Under the pieces are notes generated by a model that made no database searches, had not been told where the DNA came from, and saw nothing but the letters and a program-made list of their open reading frames with translations. Shown one piece after another: positions 1 through 9,624 of a stretch of 64,000 nucleotides of DNA. How positions within the stretch are numbered: position 1 is the stretch's first letter; every line of letters starts with the position of its first letter. The translations under genes and the position numbers were made by a program. Source of the stretch: Pseudomonadota bacterium (lineage in GTDB: Bacteria; Desulfobacterota; Desulfobacteria; Desulfobacterales; RPRI01); contig JBDRRF010000005.1 of assembly GCA_043825875.1 (NCBI GenBank), forward strand, positions 34,299 to 98,298, read 5' to 3'.

Positions 1-2
1 TG

Positions 3-287
3 GAAAACGGCGTTACAATTGTAATGGCCACACACAGTGTGGATCTGGTCCCGATATTTTTATCCAAACTTTATATATTAAGCTGTGGCCGGATTGTAAG
101 AAGCGGGGTACCCGAAGAGGTGTTTACAGCTCCAATGGAAATGTCGGAAGTAAAGCTCAGATTGCCCATGATTGCTGAGCTTGTTTATAAATTAAAGAAT
201 GAAGACGGCTTGCAGTTTGAGCGTATTCCGCTGACAATCGGCGAAGCCAGAAGAGATATAATAAAAGCAATGGAAAGCAAATCATGA
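3..287 (+). CDS. cbiO: Cobalt ECF/ABC transporter ATP-binding subunit, C-terminal part (5' truncated by window edge)
   Basis: Frame open from base 3 (ENGVTIVMATHSVDLVP, ABC H-loop motif); C-terminal LRLP...PLTI typical of CbiO; directly precedes cbi operon. Confidence 0.8.
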   Translation, partial: ENGVTIVMATHSVDLVPIFLSKLYILSCGRIVRSGVPEEVFTAPMEMSEVKLRLPMIAELVYKLKNEDGLQFERIPLTIGEARRDIIKAMESKS

Positions 288-313
288 AATCAATTAAGTA
301 AGGATAGAAGCTA

Positions 314-961
314 ATGGATTTAATGACAGGTCACAAAATCGAACAGCGCAGTCTGGCTATAATAGAAGATACAGTGGGAGAGCATGGCTTTAAGCTAAGG
401 CAGTGGGCAATTGTACGCAGAATGATACATGCCTCGGCTGATTTTACAATTTTGCCTTTAATAAAATTTAATGCAGATCCAATATCAAAAGGAATTGAAG
501 CATTCAAACGGGGCGCAGCAATTATAACCGACAGCACCATGCTAAAAAGCGGTATTTCCAGAGAGCGTCTTTCCCAAATTAATCCTGTTTATGAAAAAGA
601 TAATATATTTTGCAATATTGCAGATAATGAAGTTGCCAGGCTGTCAAAGACACATAATTTGCCCCGCTCTATTTTTAATATACGATCACTTAAGGATAAA
701 ATCCATAGAGGCATTGTTTGTATAGGCAATGCTCCGACTGCACTTTGGGAAATTGTAAGGCTTATAAAAGAGGAGGGCATTGTACCTGACTTGATATTTG
801 CAATGCCGGTAGGTTTTGTTAATGTTGTTGAAACAAAAGATATGATTAAACAAACGGATCTTTCTTATATATTAATGGAAGGCCCGCGCGGCGGCACAAC
901 TTTTGTTGTAGCGGCTGTTAATGCAATTGCCATATTGGCATTGGAGGAAATTAATGAATGA
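314..961 (+). CDS. cbiC: Cobalt-precorrin-8X methylmutase
   Basis: RRMIHASADF, IGNAPTAL, PVGFVNV, GPRGG motifs of CobH/CbiC. Confidence 0.95.
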   Translation: MDLMTGHKIEQRSLAIIEDTVGEHGFKLRQWAIVRRMIHASADFTILPLIKFNADPISKGIEAFKRGAAIITDSTMLKSGISRERLSQINPVYEKDNIFCNIADNEVARLSKTHNLPRSIFNIRSLKDKIHRGIVCIGNAPTALWEIVRLIKEEGIVPDLIFAMPVGFVNVVETKDMIKQTDLSYILMEGPRGGTTFVVAAVNAIAILALEEINE

Positions 962-1470
962 AAGCATTTATCTTGCTTGGACACGGCAGCCGGGTACCCG
1001 GTGCAGGAAAGGATATGGAGACGGCTGCACTGATGCTGGAAGAAAAATATCAACTGGATATTGTTGAATGCTGTAATATGTCACGGCTCGGACCGCATTT
1101 TCCGGAAACACTTAAGACATGTGTTTTAAAAGGAGCAACGGAAGTAATTGTAATTCCCTATTTTTTGAACATGGGACTTCATATCCGGCTTGATATTCCT
1201 GAAATGATGAAAAAAGAAGCTGAAAAATATCCCGGTATCCGGTTGGTTTATGGGAAACACTTAGGCTTTGATGAAGCTTTTGTTGATATATTGCATAAAC
1301 GTATTGAGCAATCTGCCGCACTCCCGGATGTAAGAGAAATAGAACTTTTGCCGCGGGAAAAATATCCGGTTCCGGAAGGTCAGGGGGAATTTGTGGAAAT
1401 GTCACCTGAAGAGGCAAAGAAATTTGCAAGCGGTCATAGCCATTTGCACCAACATTCGCATGAACACTGA
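958..1470 (+). CDS. cbiX: Sirohydrochlorin cobaltochelatase, short CbiX type with His-rich tail
   Basis: LLGHGSR, PYFLxxGxHIxxDIP motifs; ATGA overlap with cbiC; C-terminal HSHLHQHSHEH. Confidence 0.88.
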   Translation: MKAFILLGHGSRVPGAGKDMETAALMLEEKYQLDIVECCNMSRLGPHFPETLKTCVLKGATEVIVIPYFLNMGLHIRLDIPEMMKKEAEKYPGIRLVYGKHLGFDEAFVDILHKRIEQSAALPDVREIELLPREKYPVPEGQGEFVEMSPEEAKKFASGHSHLHQHSHEH

Positions 1471-2569
1471 AAAAAAGAAAAAACTGCGAGAAGGTTTTAC
1501 TACCGGAACATGTGCTGCTGCCGCTGCAGGTGCAGCTGTTGAAGCATATTTCGGGAATCCGCCAAATGCCGTTTTAGTGGATTTGCCGGATAATAATGCA
1601 AGTATATCCGTTAATATCAAAGCAATAAAATCCCTGCAAATCAAAGAAGGGATAAATATAGAAGCTATTGTTATAAAAGATGCCGGAGATGATCCTGATA
1701 TAACAAATGGCGCGCAAATCGGCGCGCAAGTTACTATTGTTGAAAGTAAAGTCAATCGGATTACGATAAAAGGCGGGGCAGGGGTGGGAAAAGTAACACG
1801 GCCCGGACTGCCTGTAAATATAGGTGAATCTGCTATTAATCCGGTTCCTTTAGAAATGATAGAACATGAAATTAAAAAGCGCCTGCCACAAGATAAAGCT
1901 TTTGCTGTGGATGTTGTTATTTTTGTTAAAAACGGTGAGATGCTGGCAGGAAAAACCCTTAATCCGAGATTAGGAATTGTGGGGGGGCTTTCTATTTTAG
2001 GAACACACGGCATTGTTAAGCCTTTTTCTGCCAAAAGCTATCAGGACACAATCGATATATGCTTAAGATCCGCCCGTTATGATAATCAAAAGACTTGTAT
2101 CTTATCTACTGGCCGAAAAAGTGAAAAATTGGCGCAGAAGATGTATGTGAATTTTAGTGAAAGATGTTTTGTGCAAACAGCCGATTTTTTCTCATATGCA
2201 TTACAAAAAGCGTCTGATCTGGGATTTGAACATATTATTCTTTCTTGTTTTTTTGGTAAATTATGCAAATGGGCTATGAATATGGCATACACTCATGCAA
2301 AATCCGGCTTGATAGATTTTAAATATTTATCCAAAGCAGCATTTGAAGCCGGACTTTCAGATGAATTTTGCCGGTTTGTAGAGGGTGCTAATAATTCCAG
2401 GCAAATTTTTGAATCAGCACATAAAGAAGTGCCGCTTTTTGTGGATATAATCGGTGAGATGGCGATTGGAAATGCCTGGGCCACTGTAAACCAAAAACCT
2501 ATGGTCACAATTTGTCTATGGGACTATCAGGAGAAGTTTTATAAAAAATGGGAAATAAAGGTAGTATAA
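1460..2569 (+). CDS. cbiD: Cobalt-precorrin-5B C1-methyltransferase
   Basis: LREGFTTGTCAAAAA, KDAGDDPDIT, TLNPRLGIVGGLSILGT motifs; start moved to ATG 1460 (MNTEKKKKLREG). Confidence 0.95.
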   Translation: MNTEKKKKLREGFTTGTCAAAAAGAAVEAYFGNPPNAVLVDLPDNNASISVNIKAIKSLQIKEGINIEAIVIKDAGDDPDITNGAQIGAQVTIVESKVNRITIKGGAGVGKVTRPGLPVNIGESAINPVPLEMIEHEIKKRLPQDKAFAVDVVIFVKNGEMLAGKTLNPRLGIVGGLSILGTHGIVKPFSAKSYQDTIDICLRSARYDNQKTCILSTGRKSEKLAQKMYVNFSERCFVQTADFFSYALQKASDLGFEHIILSCFFGKLCKWAMNMAYTHAKSGLIDFKYLSKAAFEAGLSDEFCRFVEGANNSRQIFESAHKEVPLFVDIIGEMAIGNAWATVNQKPMVTICLWDYQEKFYKKWEIKVV

Positions 2570-3795
2570 CAAATAAAGAGAAGATACGTGTTATTGGTTT
2601 GAATATAACAGGTGAACCATTGTCTTTAAAGAAACGTCAATATATAAAAAATGCCGATGTGCTGATCGGCGGTAAAAGACAAATTGAACAGGCATTGTTT
2701 TTTAATGGAAAAACCATTTTAATTACCAAAGATATTGACTCTTTAATAGATGAGATTAAACAGTGTATTAAGAAAAATTTAAATATTGTAGTACTTGCAA
2801 CCGGAGATCCTTTGCTTTTTGGAATAGGAAATACTTTGATTCAACACTTCGGGATAGATTCTGTAGAAATTTATCCGGGTATATCCGCAGCCCAGGTAGC
2901 GCTTTCAAGGCTTGGCTTAAAAACCGATGAAGCGGTAATCATAAGCAGGCACGGTACGCACACGGATGATTTGCTAAGATTATTGAATCATAACACAGGG
3001 GTTATTTTAACTTCAAATACGTACAGTCCTTATGAGATAATACAAGAGCTTATAACAAGTTCTCCGCAAACAAAGAAATGGACCGGGCATGTGTGTCAAT
3101 GTCTGGGAACAAAAGATGAAATTATACAAAGCGGACAACTGCAACAACTATGTTCATTTAATACATTCCGGGTTCCAAATATTCTTGTTGTACAAAACCC
3201 TGATCCGGCTGCTTCAATTCGGATATCTGCAGAATTTGGCCTTCCCGATGATGCTTATGAACATGATGCAAATATGATCACACACTCTGAGATTCGTGCC
3301 ATAACTCTCTCAAAGCTTAAACTTGGTAATGCCGAAATATTATGGGATGTAGGAGCAGGATCAGGCTCTGTAGGAATTGAATCAGCACTTCTTAACCCGT
3401 ATGCCAGGGTGTTTTGTATTGAAAAAAATACCGAAAGAATAGAAAACATTACAGCCAATGCGAAAAAGCATAAAGTAAATAATATCTTCGTTATTGAGGG
3501 GCAAGCTCTGGAGGAGTGTTTAACTTTGCCCGCACCGGACAGAGTATTTATAGGCGGTGGAGGTGAAGACCTGCCCGATCTGCTGTCTCTTTGTTATCAG
3601 CGCCTTTCAAATGAAGGTATCATGGTTGTTAATACCGTAACCATAGAATCATTTGAAGTTGTCCGTACCTTTTTTAAGCAAATTAATAAAGAGATTGAAT
3701 GTATAAGTATTCAGATTTCCCGCTTACATACAATAGCCAAATATCATACACTTAAACCTGAAAATCCGATAACCCTGTTTGGAATAAAAAAATGA
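2548..3795 (+). CDS. cbiET: Bifunctional cobalt-precorrin-7 C5-methyltransferase / precorrin-6B C15-methyltransferase (CbiE-CbiT fusion)
   Basis: N-terminal LATGDPLLFGIG and PGISA; C-terminal ITHSEIRAITLSKL and WDVGAGSGSVGIE. Confidence 0.93.
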   Translation: MGNKGSITNKEKIRVIGLNITGEPLSLKKRQYIKNADVLIGGKRQIEQALFFNGKTILITKDIDSLIDEIKQCIKKNLNIVVLATGDPLLFGIGNTLIQHFGIDSVEIYPGISAAQVALSRLGLKTDEAVIISRHGTHTDDLLRLLNHNTGVILTSNTYSPYEIIQELITSSPQTKKWTGHVCQCLGTKDEIIQSGQLQQLCSFNTFRVPNILVVQNPDPAASIRISAEFGLPDDAYEHDANMITHSEIRAITLSKLKLGNAEILWDVGAGSGSVGIESALLNPYARVFCIEKNTERIENITANAKKHKVNNIFVIEGQALEECLTLPAPDRVFIGGGGEDLPDLLSLCYQRLSNEGIMVVNTVTIESFEVVRTFFKQINKEIECISIQISRLHTIAKYHTLKPENPITLFGIKK

Positions 3796-4511
3796 AAAAT
3801 GAGAAGCAAAGAAATTTATATTTTGTCGGTTTAGGCCCTGGTGATCCGGAGCTTTTAACAGTAAAATCCATCCGCTTGATTAAAGAATGTGATGTTTTGT
3901 TTGTTCCGGTTCGCAAAATAAATTCAACCGAATCCATGGCATTAAATATTATCTCAGATAGCATTGATTTGAAAAACAAACGGATAGTTTTTCTTCATTT
4001 TCCAATGGTAAAAGGAGCGCAAAATATACTTGATGCAATGGAGCCGGCCGCACAATCCGTTCAGGAGCAGTTGAAGGAAAACGAATCCGGTGTATTTATC
4101 ACACTGGGATGTTCAACCATATATTCAACAGCCGGAAATCTTTTTTTGGTACTTTGTGACAAAGATATTTCAATGCATTTTGTTCCGGGTGTGAGTTCCA
4201 TAAGCGGTAGTGCGGCTTCATCCGGGATTCCGCTTGTATATTCGGAAGAAAAACTGGCCATATTGCCGGCAACGTATTCAATGGATCAGATTGAATCATG
4301 CCTGGATGTTTTTGAAACGGTAGTACTTATGAAAGCGCATTCCAGCATGGATATGATTTTGGAATTGGTAGCAAAAAAAGGTTTGCTTAAATCATCGTTT
4401 GTTGTGGAAAAAGCCACCAGCAATGAAGAAAAAGTACGTTTTATGTCCGATATCTGTGCAGGATATCGACCTCATTATATGAGCACAGTAATTATTAAGA
4501 AAAATATATAA
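3792..4511 (+). CDS. cbiL: Cobalt-precorrin-2 C20-methyltransferase
   Basis: GLGPGDPELLTVK, FPM, VPGVSS, VVLMK, HYMSTVII motifs. Confidence 0.92.
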   Translation: MKNEKQRNLYFVGLGPGDPELLTVKSIRLIKECDVLFVPVRKINSTESMALNIISDSIDLKNKRIVFLHFPMVKGAQNILDAMEPAAQSVQEQLKENESGVFITLGCSTIYSTAGNLFLVLCDKDISMHFVPGVSSISGSAASSGIPLVYSEEKLAILPATYSMDQIESCLDVFETVVLMKAHSSMDMILELVAKKGLLKSSFVVEKATSNEEKVRFMSDICAGYRPHYMSTVIIKKNI

Positions 4512-4526
4512 GGAGAAAAATGTTTT

Positions 4527-5279
4527 ATGGCTATTGTTAGCTTTATCGGCGCAGGACCTGGAGATCCTGAACTCATTACTTTAAAGGCGGTTAAGCGGAT
4601 CAAATCGGCAGGTATAATAATATATGCCGGGTCTCTGGTTCCAAAAAGCGTATTTCTCCCTCATACGAATTTGCCGGAAAAAAATATTATCAGCTCTGCC
4701 GATCTGACTCTTGAAGAAACTCATCAACTTATGGTTCAAGCGATTGAAAAAGGCGAAAACGTGGCAAGGATTCATACCGGTGATTCTTCTATTTATGGCG
4801 CAATTTATGAGCAGATGGCGCTTTTAGATACACAAGGAATTGATTATGAAGTAATTCCCGGAATATCTTCGGCTATGGCGGCTGCAGCAGCTCTTAAAAC
4901 GGAATTTATGATTCCCGACGGCACACAAACGGTCATGTTTACACGAAGCCAGGGAAAAACACCGGTGCCGGAGCTTGAAGATCTGGAACTGCTTGCCACA
5001 CACCAGTCAACCATGGTTATTTTTTTAAGCGCTCATAAAGCGGATGCGGTTGTTGAAAAATTGAGTAAGCATTATCCTGTAAAGACCCCGGCTGTTATTG
5101 CTTACCGTATTGGCTGGCCTGATGAAATGATCATCAGAACCACAATCAAAGATATTGCATCATGCATAAGCGAAAACCGGATTCATAAACAGGCTCTTAT
5201 TATGGTGGGAGAAGTGTTTGCTGAAAAGAAGAGATTAAATACAAGATCGGTTTTATATGGCAAGGATAAGAATGGATGA
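4527..5279 (+). CDS. cbiF: Cobalt-precorrin-4 C11-methyltransferase
   Basis: GAGPGDPELIT, YAGSLV, RIHTGDSSIYGAIYEQ, GWPDE motifs. Confidence 0.95.
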   Translation: MAIVSFIGAGPGDPELITLKAVKRIKSAGIIIYAGSLVPKSVFLPHTNLPEKNIISSADLTLEETHQLMVQAIEKGENVARIHTGDSSIYGAIYEQMALLDTQGIDYEVIPGISSAMAAAAALKTEFMIPDGTQTVMFTRSQGKTPVPELEDLELLATHQSTMVIFLSAHKADAVVEKLSKHYPVKTPAVIAYRIGWPDEMIIRTTIKDIASCISENRIHKQALIMVGEVFAEKKRLNTRSVLYGKDKNG

Positions 5280-7131
5280 TCGACTAGATAATCAAATAGA
5301 TAAGAAAAAAAATGCCGTTTGGACTCTTAATGAAAACGCACTTCGCCTGGCGTTTAAATGTGCTGATATTATAAACGCAAAAGCCCTGTTTACACCATCT
5401 GCCAAAGCAAACGGTTGTCAGGACGTTAGGCTTATCGTATATGATCGTTTTACGCAAAGCATTTTAGAAAATTTTTACGAATATGATGCACATATCTTTA
5501 TTATGGCATCAGGAATTGTGGTACGCGCTATTGCTCCTCTTATAATAGACAAGGCAAGTGATCCGGCAGTATTGGTGATTGATGAAAAAGGCAAACATGT
5601 TATCAGTCTGGTATCTGGCCATCTTGGCGGAGCCAATGATTTGTCTGTCAGGGTTGCTATTGCTTTGGGTGCAGAGCCGGTCATCACAACAGCAACTGAT
5701 ATAAGCGGTATTGTAGCGGTTGACGAAATTGCCCAGAGGATAGGCGCAAAAGTAGAAAATAAGGAAATGATCAAAAAAGTGTCTGGTTCTATGCTAAATA
5801 ACGCTCCGGTTGCGTTAATTTGTGATTATGCTTTGTATGAAACATATTACGGGAAAGCAGACTATAAACCTGATCATTTCAAAAACCCCGATGTTGATGA
5901 TCTTGCCGGTTATGCGGCTTTATGCTTTATAACTGAAAAAATTTTTGAAATGGATAAAGAACTTTCGGTAAAATCACTTTTTATTCGACCGCCTAATCTA
6001 TTTGTAGGTATTGGGTGCAACAAAAATACATCAAAAAAAGAAATATCAGGTGCAGTATGCGAAGTGTTTGAGCAGCACAGGCTTTCTCCGATTTCTATAG
6101 CCGGTGTTTTTACTATTGATAAGAAAAAAGATGAAGCAGGTTTACTGGAATACGTTCAAGCCATTGGTTTAAAACTGCAATATTATAATGCCGAAACACT
6201 GGATGATATAGATGTAGATGGCATGTCGGCTCCTTCCTTGTACGCACAAAAATATGTTAAAGCAAAAGGTGTGGCTGAACCTGCGGCGCTTCTTGGTGCA
6301 GGTCCGGGATCTCAATTGATTGTGGCAAAGCAGAAAAAAGGAAATGTTACAGTGGCAGTTGCAAGAAAAAAAAGCGGTTATTTGCCAAAAACTAAAGGAA
6401 AGCTTTTTGTTTTGGGTATAGGCCCCGGTGATCTGGATTATATGACGGAGCATGTAAGGCGTGTTCTTAAAAGCAGTGATGTAATAGCCGGGTATGGTAA
6501 ATATATCGAGTTGGTAGAGTCTGTTATAAATGGAAAAGAGATTATATCAACAGGCATGACAAAAGAAACCGAACGGGTGGATAAAGCAATACAGGCAGCC
6601 GCCGAAGGAAAAACCGTTTCGCTGATATGCTCAGGAGATGCCGGTATATACGGAATGGCCGGTCTGGTATATGAACGAATGCTTAATGCCGGTTTAGAGG
6701 TTGATATAGAAGTATCGCCCGGTGTAACAGCTGCCGCAGCAGCAGCATCTCTTTTAGGTGCGCCTTTAACAAATGATTTTATCACAATCAGTCTTTCGGA
6801 TTTATTGACACCAACAGAAACTGTTATAAAACGGATAGAAATAGCCGCTGAATCGGATATGGTAACGGCCGTCTATAACCCTGTAAGCAAAAGGCGAAAA
6901 GAACTTATCAGCAAGTTGCAGTCCGAATTTATTAAATACAGAGATAAAAAAACTCCGGTTGGAGTTGTTACCCATGCATTGAGAAATGGCCAGAAAAAAG
7001 AAATACGTACTCTTAATGATTTTCTTGATTGTGATATGAATATGAATTCTGTTATTATTATCGGAAACAGCGATACGGTAGTTATTAACGGCCATATGGT
7101 CACGAAGCGTGGTTATGAGCGAAAGACATAA
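5272..7131 (+). CDS. cbiGH: CbiG-CbiH fusion (cobalt-precorrin-5A hydrolase / precorrin-3B C17-methyltransferase)
   Basis: CbiG motifs MASGIVVR, DPAVLVIDE, SGHLGGAN, GIGC, GVAEPAAL, then CbiH motifs GIGPG, SGDAGIYGMA, ISLSDLLTP, YNP, TKRGY; start 5272 has AAGGA RBS. Confidence 0.93.
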   Translation: MDDRLDNQIDKKKNAVWTLNENALRLAFKCADIINAKALFTPSAKANGCQDVRLIVYDRFTQSILENFYEYDAHIFIMASGIVVRAIAPLIIDKASDPAVLVIDEKGKHVISLVSGHLGGANDLSVRVAIALGAEPVITTATDISGIVAVDEIAQRIGAKVENKEMIKKVSGSMLNNAPVALICDYALYETYYGKADYKPDHFKNPDVDDLAGYAALCFITEKIFEMDKELSVKSLFIRPPNLFVGIGCNKNTSKKEISGAVCEVFEQHRLSPISIAGVFTIDKKKDEAGLLEYVQAIGLKLQYYNAETLDDIDVDGMSAPSLYAQKYVKAKGVAEPAALLGAGPGSQLIVAKQKKGNVTVAVARKKSGYLPKTKGKLFVLGIGPGDLDYMTEHVRRVLKSSDVIAGYGKYIELVESVINGKEIISTGMTKETERVDKAIQAAAEGKTVSLICSGDAGIYGMAGLVYERMLNAGLEVDIEVSPGVTAAAAAASLLGAPLTNDFITISLSDLLTPTETVIKRIEIAAESDMVTAVYNPVSKRRKELISKLQSEFIKYRDKKTPVGVVTHALRNGQKKEIRTLNDFLDCDMNMNSVIIIGNSDTVVINGHMVTKRGYERKT

Positions 7132-7136
7132 ATATA

Positions 7137-8471
7137 ATGAAAACAAAAGCAGTGCTTATAGCAGGTGCTTCCAGCGGATCGGGTAAAACCACGCTCACTT
7201 TGGGCCTGATGGCTGCACTTAAGAAAATGGGGCTTGATGTTTGTGGATTTAAGAGCGGGCCTGATTATATTGATTCCAGCCTTCATAAAATAGTTACAGG
7301 CAAGCCTTCTATCAATCTTGATACATGGATGATGCCTAAAGATTATTTAGAGCGTTCCTTCCAATCCCGTGCAGCAAAAGCGGACATTTCCGTAATTGAA
7401 GGAGTTATGGGTATCCATGACGGAAGGCTTCCGGATTCATCCCAGGGTTCTACAGCTGAACTGGCAGCATGGCTTAAAGTTCCGGTAGTGCTTGTTGTTA
7501 ATGCAAACTCAATAGCCCGGACTGTGGCAGCCATAGTAAACGGTCTTGTTGATTTCGATCCAAAAGTCAATATTATTGGTGTTGTGTTTAACAATGTGGG
7601 CAGTTTAAAGCATTATGAAATATTGGGAAAAGCTGTAAGTACATATTGCAGTGTTCCGGCACTTGGTTGTATTCCCAAAAATAATGATATTGATATTCCC
7701 TCAAGGCATTTAGGCCTTTACATGGGAGAAGACGGAATTCTTGATAATTCTAAAATAAAAATCCTTGCAGATACTGTTTCAAAAAATGTGGATATTGAAA
7801 AAATACTTTTACTTTCCGAAATGGATATAAAACATACGGATTTGTTTTTATCCTCATCTGATCAATTATCCGAAGATAAACCCAAGCGCATAGCCATTGC
7901 CAGAGACAAAGCCTTTTGCTTCTATTATGAAGATAATTTTGAGATCCTCAAACATCTTGGTTATGAAATCGTTTTTTTCAGCCCAATAGATGATAATAGC
8001 TTGCCAGAGGATGTGGATGCCTATTATTTCGGTGGTGGATATCCTGAACTCTATGCGGAGGCTTTGTCAAAAAATGAGAGCATGCGAGAGGCTGTGGCTG
8101 AACAAAGCCAAAAAGGCGCTTTCATATATGGAGAATGTGGCGGCCTTATGTATCTGGGTGATTATTTAACTACAGTTGAAGGCCAATCATATCCCATGTG
8201 CGGATGCCTTCCATATAGTACGATCATGAAATCAGGCCTTCAGTCGCTTGGATATACCGAAGTATTGCCTTTAAAGGATTTTCTTTTTTTAAAACAAAAT
8301 ACTCCGGTACGCGGTCACTGTTTTCACTATTCACAAATGATAAGAGACGATAAAAACCGGATGGAAAAGTTTTATTCAGGGCATCCGGCAGATAAAGCAC
8401 AAGGATTTCGCATAAGAAATACTTTGGCATCATATGTACATTTACATTTTTCTTCTTTAATCAAGAAATAA
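7137..8471 (+). CDS. cbiA: Cobyrinate a,c-diamide synthase
   Basis: SGSGKTT, FKSGPDYID, IEGVMG, SRHLGL, GGGYPEL, GECGGLMYL, SYVHLHF. Confidence 0.96.
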   Translation: MKTKAVLIAGASSGSGKTTLTLGLMAALKKMGLDVCGFKSGPDYIDSSLHKIVTGKPSINLDTWMMPKDYLERSFQSRAAKADISVIEGVMGIHDGRLPDSSQGSTAELAAWLKVPVVLVVNANSIARTVAAIVNGLVDFDPKVNIIGVVFNNVGSLKHYEILGKAVSTYCSVPALGCIPKNNDIDIPSRHLGLYMGEDGILDNSKIKILADTVSKNVDIEKILLLSEMDIKHTDLFLSSSDQLSEDKPKRIAIARDKAFCFYYEDNFEILKHLGYEIVFFSPIDDNSLPEDVDAYYFGGGYPELYAEALSKNESMREAVAEQSQKGAFIYGECGGLMYLGDYLTTVEGQSYPMCGCLPYSTIMKSGLQSLGYTEVLPLKDFLFLKQNTPVRGHCFHYSQMIRDDKNRMEKFYSGHPADKAQGFRIRNTLASYVHLHFSSLIKK

Positions 8472-8476
8472 AAGTG

Positions 8477-8531
8477 TCATACTGGATTGAATGAAACCAG
8501 CTTATTTGCCTGCATAAAAAAATCCCACAGA
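8477..8531 (+). pseudogene. Remnant of the 3' end of a GNAT acetyltransferase gene (copy of 37558-37612)
   Basis: Shares CTTATTTGCCTGCATAAAAAA and flanking similarity with the last codons of the GNAT gene at 37148-37615. Confidence 0.7.
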
Positions 8532-8691
8532 AATTTAAAGGTATGCCGAAGTTTGGATTCCTATTTTACACATAACGCACCTTCATCTGTTTTTTCCTTT
8601 GTTAATTCTCGTTTTTTTGCTATAGTCATATACATTCTATTTTTCGAAATGGTTGCTTGAATGAATCTAACTTGAAATACATTGATATGCT

Positions 8692-9030
8692 ATGAAAAGG
8701 GTTCTGCCTAATTGTAAGAAGGCTTATGTTCCAGAAGAGAAACTGAGCAATTATCTATTGTCTGAAACACATGCTATTGGAAAGGCAAAAGCGAGATATT
8801 TTCAATCGATAGGCTATACATTAAAAAATTCTGCTAAATTGGTAGATGCATTAATAATGATTGCAAATTCCGAAAGCGTGAGCCAAGAAATAACCACTGT
8901 TTTTGGAACAAAGTATATTATTGATGGAAAACTTGATACGCCTATTGGAACAACGGTACAGTTACGCACTGTTTGGGTAATAGATGCAAAAGATGACCGG
9001 CCTCGATTTATTACGGCATATCCAGCGTGA
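8692..9030 (+). CDS. DUF6883-like small protein (putative toxin-like component)
   Basis: LPNxxKAYVPxxKLxxYLL, GKxKARYF, FGTKY, RTVWVID, PRFITAYP pattern; paired with downstream DUF4926-like gene. Confidence 0.75.
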   Translation: MKRVLPNCKKAYVPEEKLSNYLLSETHAIGKAKARYFQSIGYTLKNSAKLVDALIMIANSESVSQEITTVFGTKYIIDGKLDTPIGTTVQLRTVWVIDAKDDRPRFITAYPA

Positions 9031-9057
9031 AAAGTCGATCTATAAAAGGAGCAAGAA

Positions 9058-9288
9058 ATGATAAAAGAACTGGACACAGTCGTTTTGACTCAGGATCTTC
9101 CTGAGCACAGCCTCAAAAAGGGAGACATTGGTGCTGTTGTACATTCTTACGAAGACAGCAAAGCCTTTGAAGTGGAATTTATAACTGGACAAGGGAATAC
9201 TGTAGCTGTGCTTACTCTTAAAGCTGAAAATGTTCGTTTGATGCAAGGTAAAGAAATACTGCATGTTCGGAAGCTACAGGCTGCTTAA
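9058..9288 (+). CDS. DUF4926-like small protein
   Basis: MIKELDTVVLTxDLPEHxLKKGDIGAVVH...AFEVEF...G.TVAVLTL; AAGGAG RBS. Confidence 0.85.
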   Translation: MIKELDTVVLTQDLPEHSLKKGDIGAVVHSYEDSKAFEVEFITGQGNTVAVLTLKAENVRLMQGKEILHVRKLQAA

Positions 9289-9461
9289 TCTCGAAAGATT
9301 GAAGCAATCATAAGAGGTCATACTCGCTTTTTGTCATTTGCCACACCTTTCACTTCGTCCTTTCAAAAAGATAAAGAAAACTGCCTGTTGCAAATTATTC
9401 TTCTTTGCTAATATATAATTTTGTGTTATAGAAAAATAAATTCTGTACTTTTGAACCGCAC

Positions 9462-9570
9462 AGCGAACGCAATCCCCGTTGCTAACAGCGGGATTAGCGA
9501 GCGAATCTGAAATTGAGTTAAAATCCTTACGGATGAAGATTCCCTGTTACTTATAGCGGGGAGCTTCAAA
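9462..9570. repeat. Degenerate REP-like doublet (two related GC-rich hairpins)
   Basis: ATCCCCGTTGCTAACAGCGGGAT (9472-9494) and ATTCCCTGTTACTTATAGCGGGGAG (9539-9563) are similar to each other and self-complementary. Confidence 0.55.
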
Positions 9571-9624
9571 TAAGTCATTTGTAAAAATGTTGGGCATCAA
9601 TATTATGAATAGACAATAAGGCAT

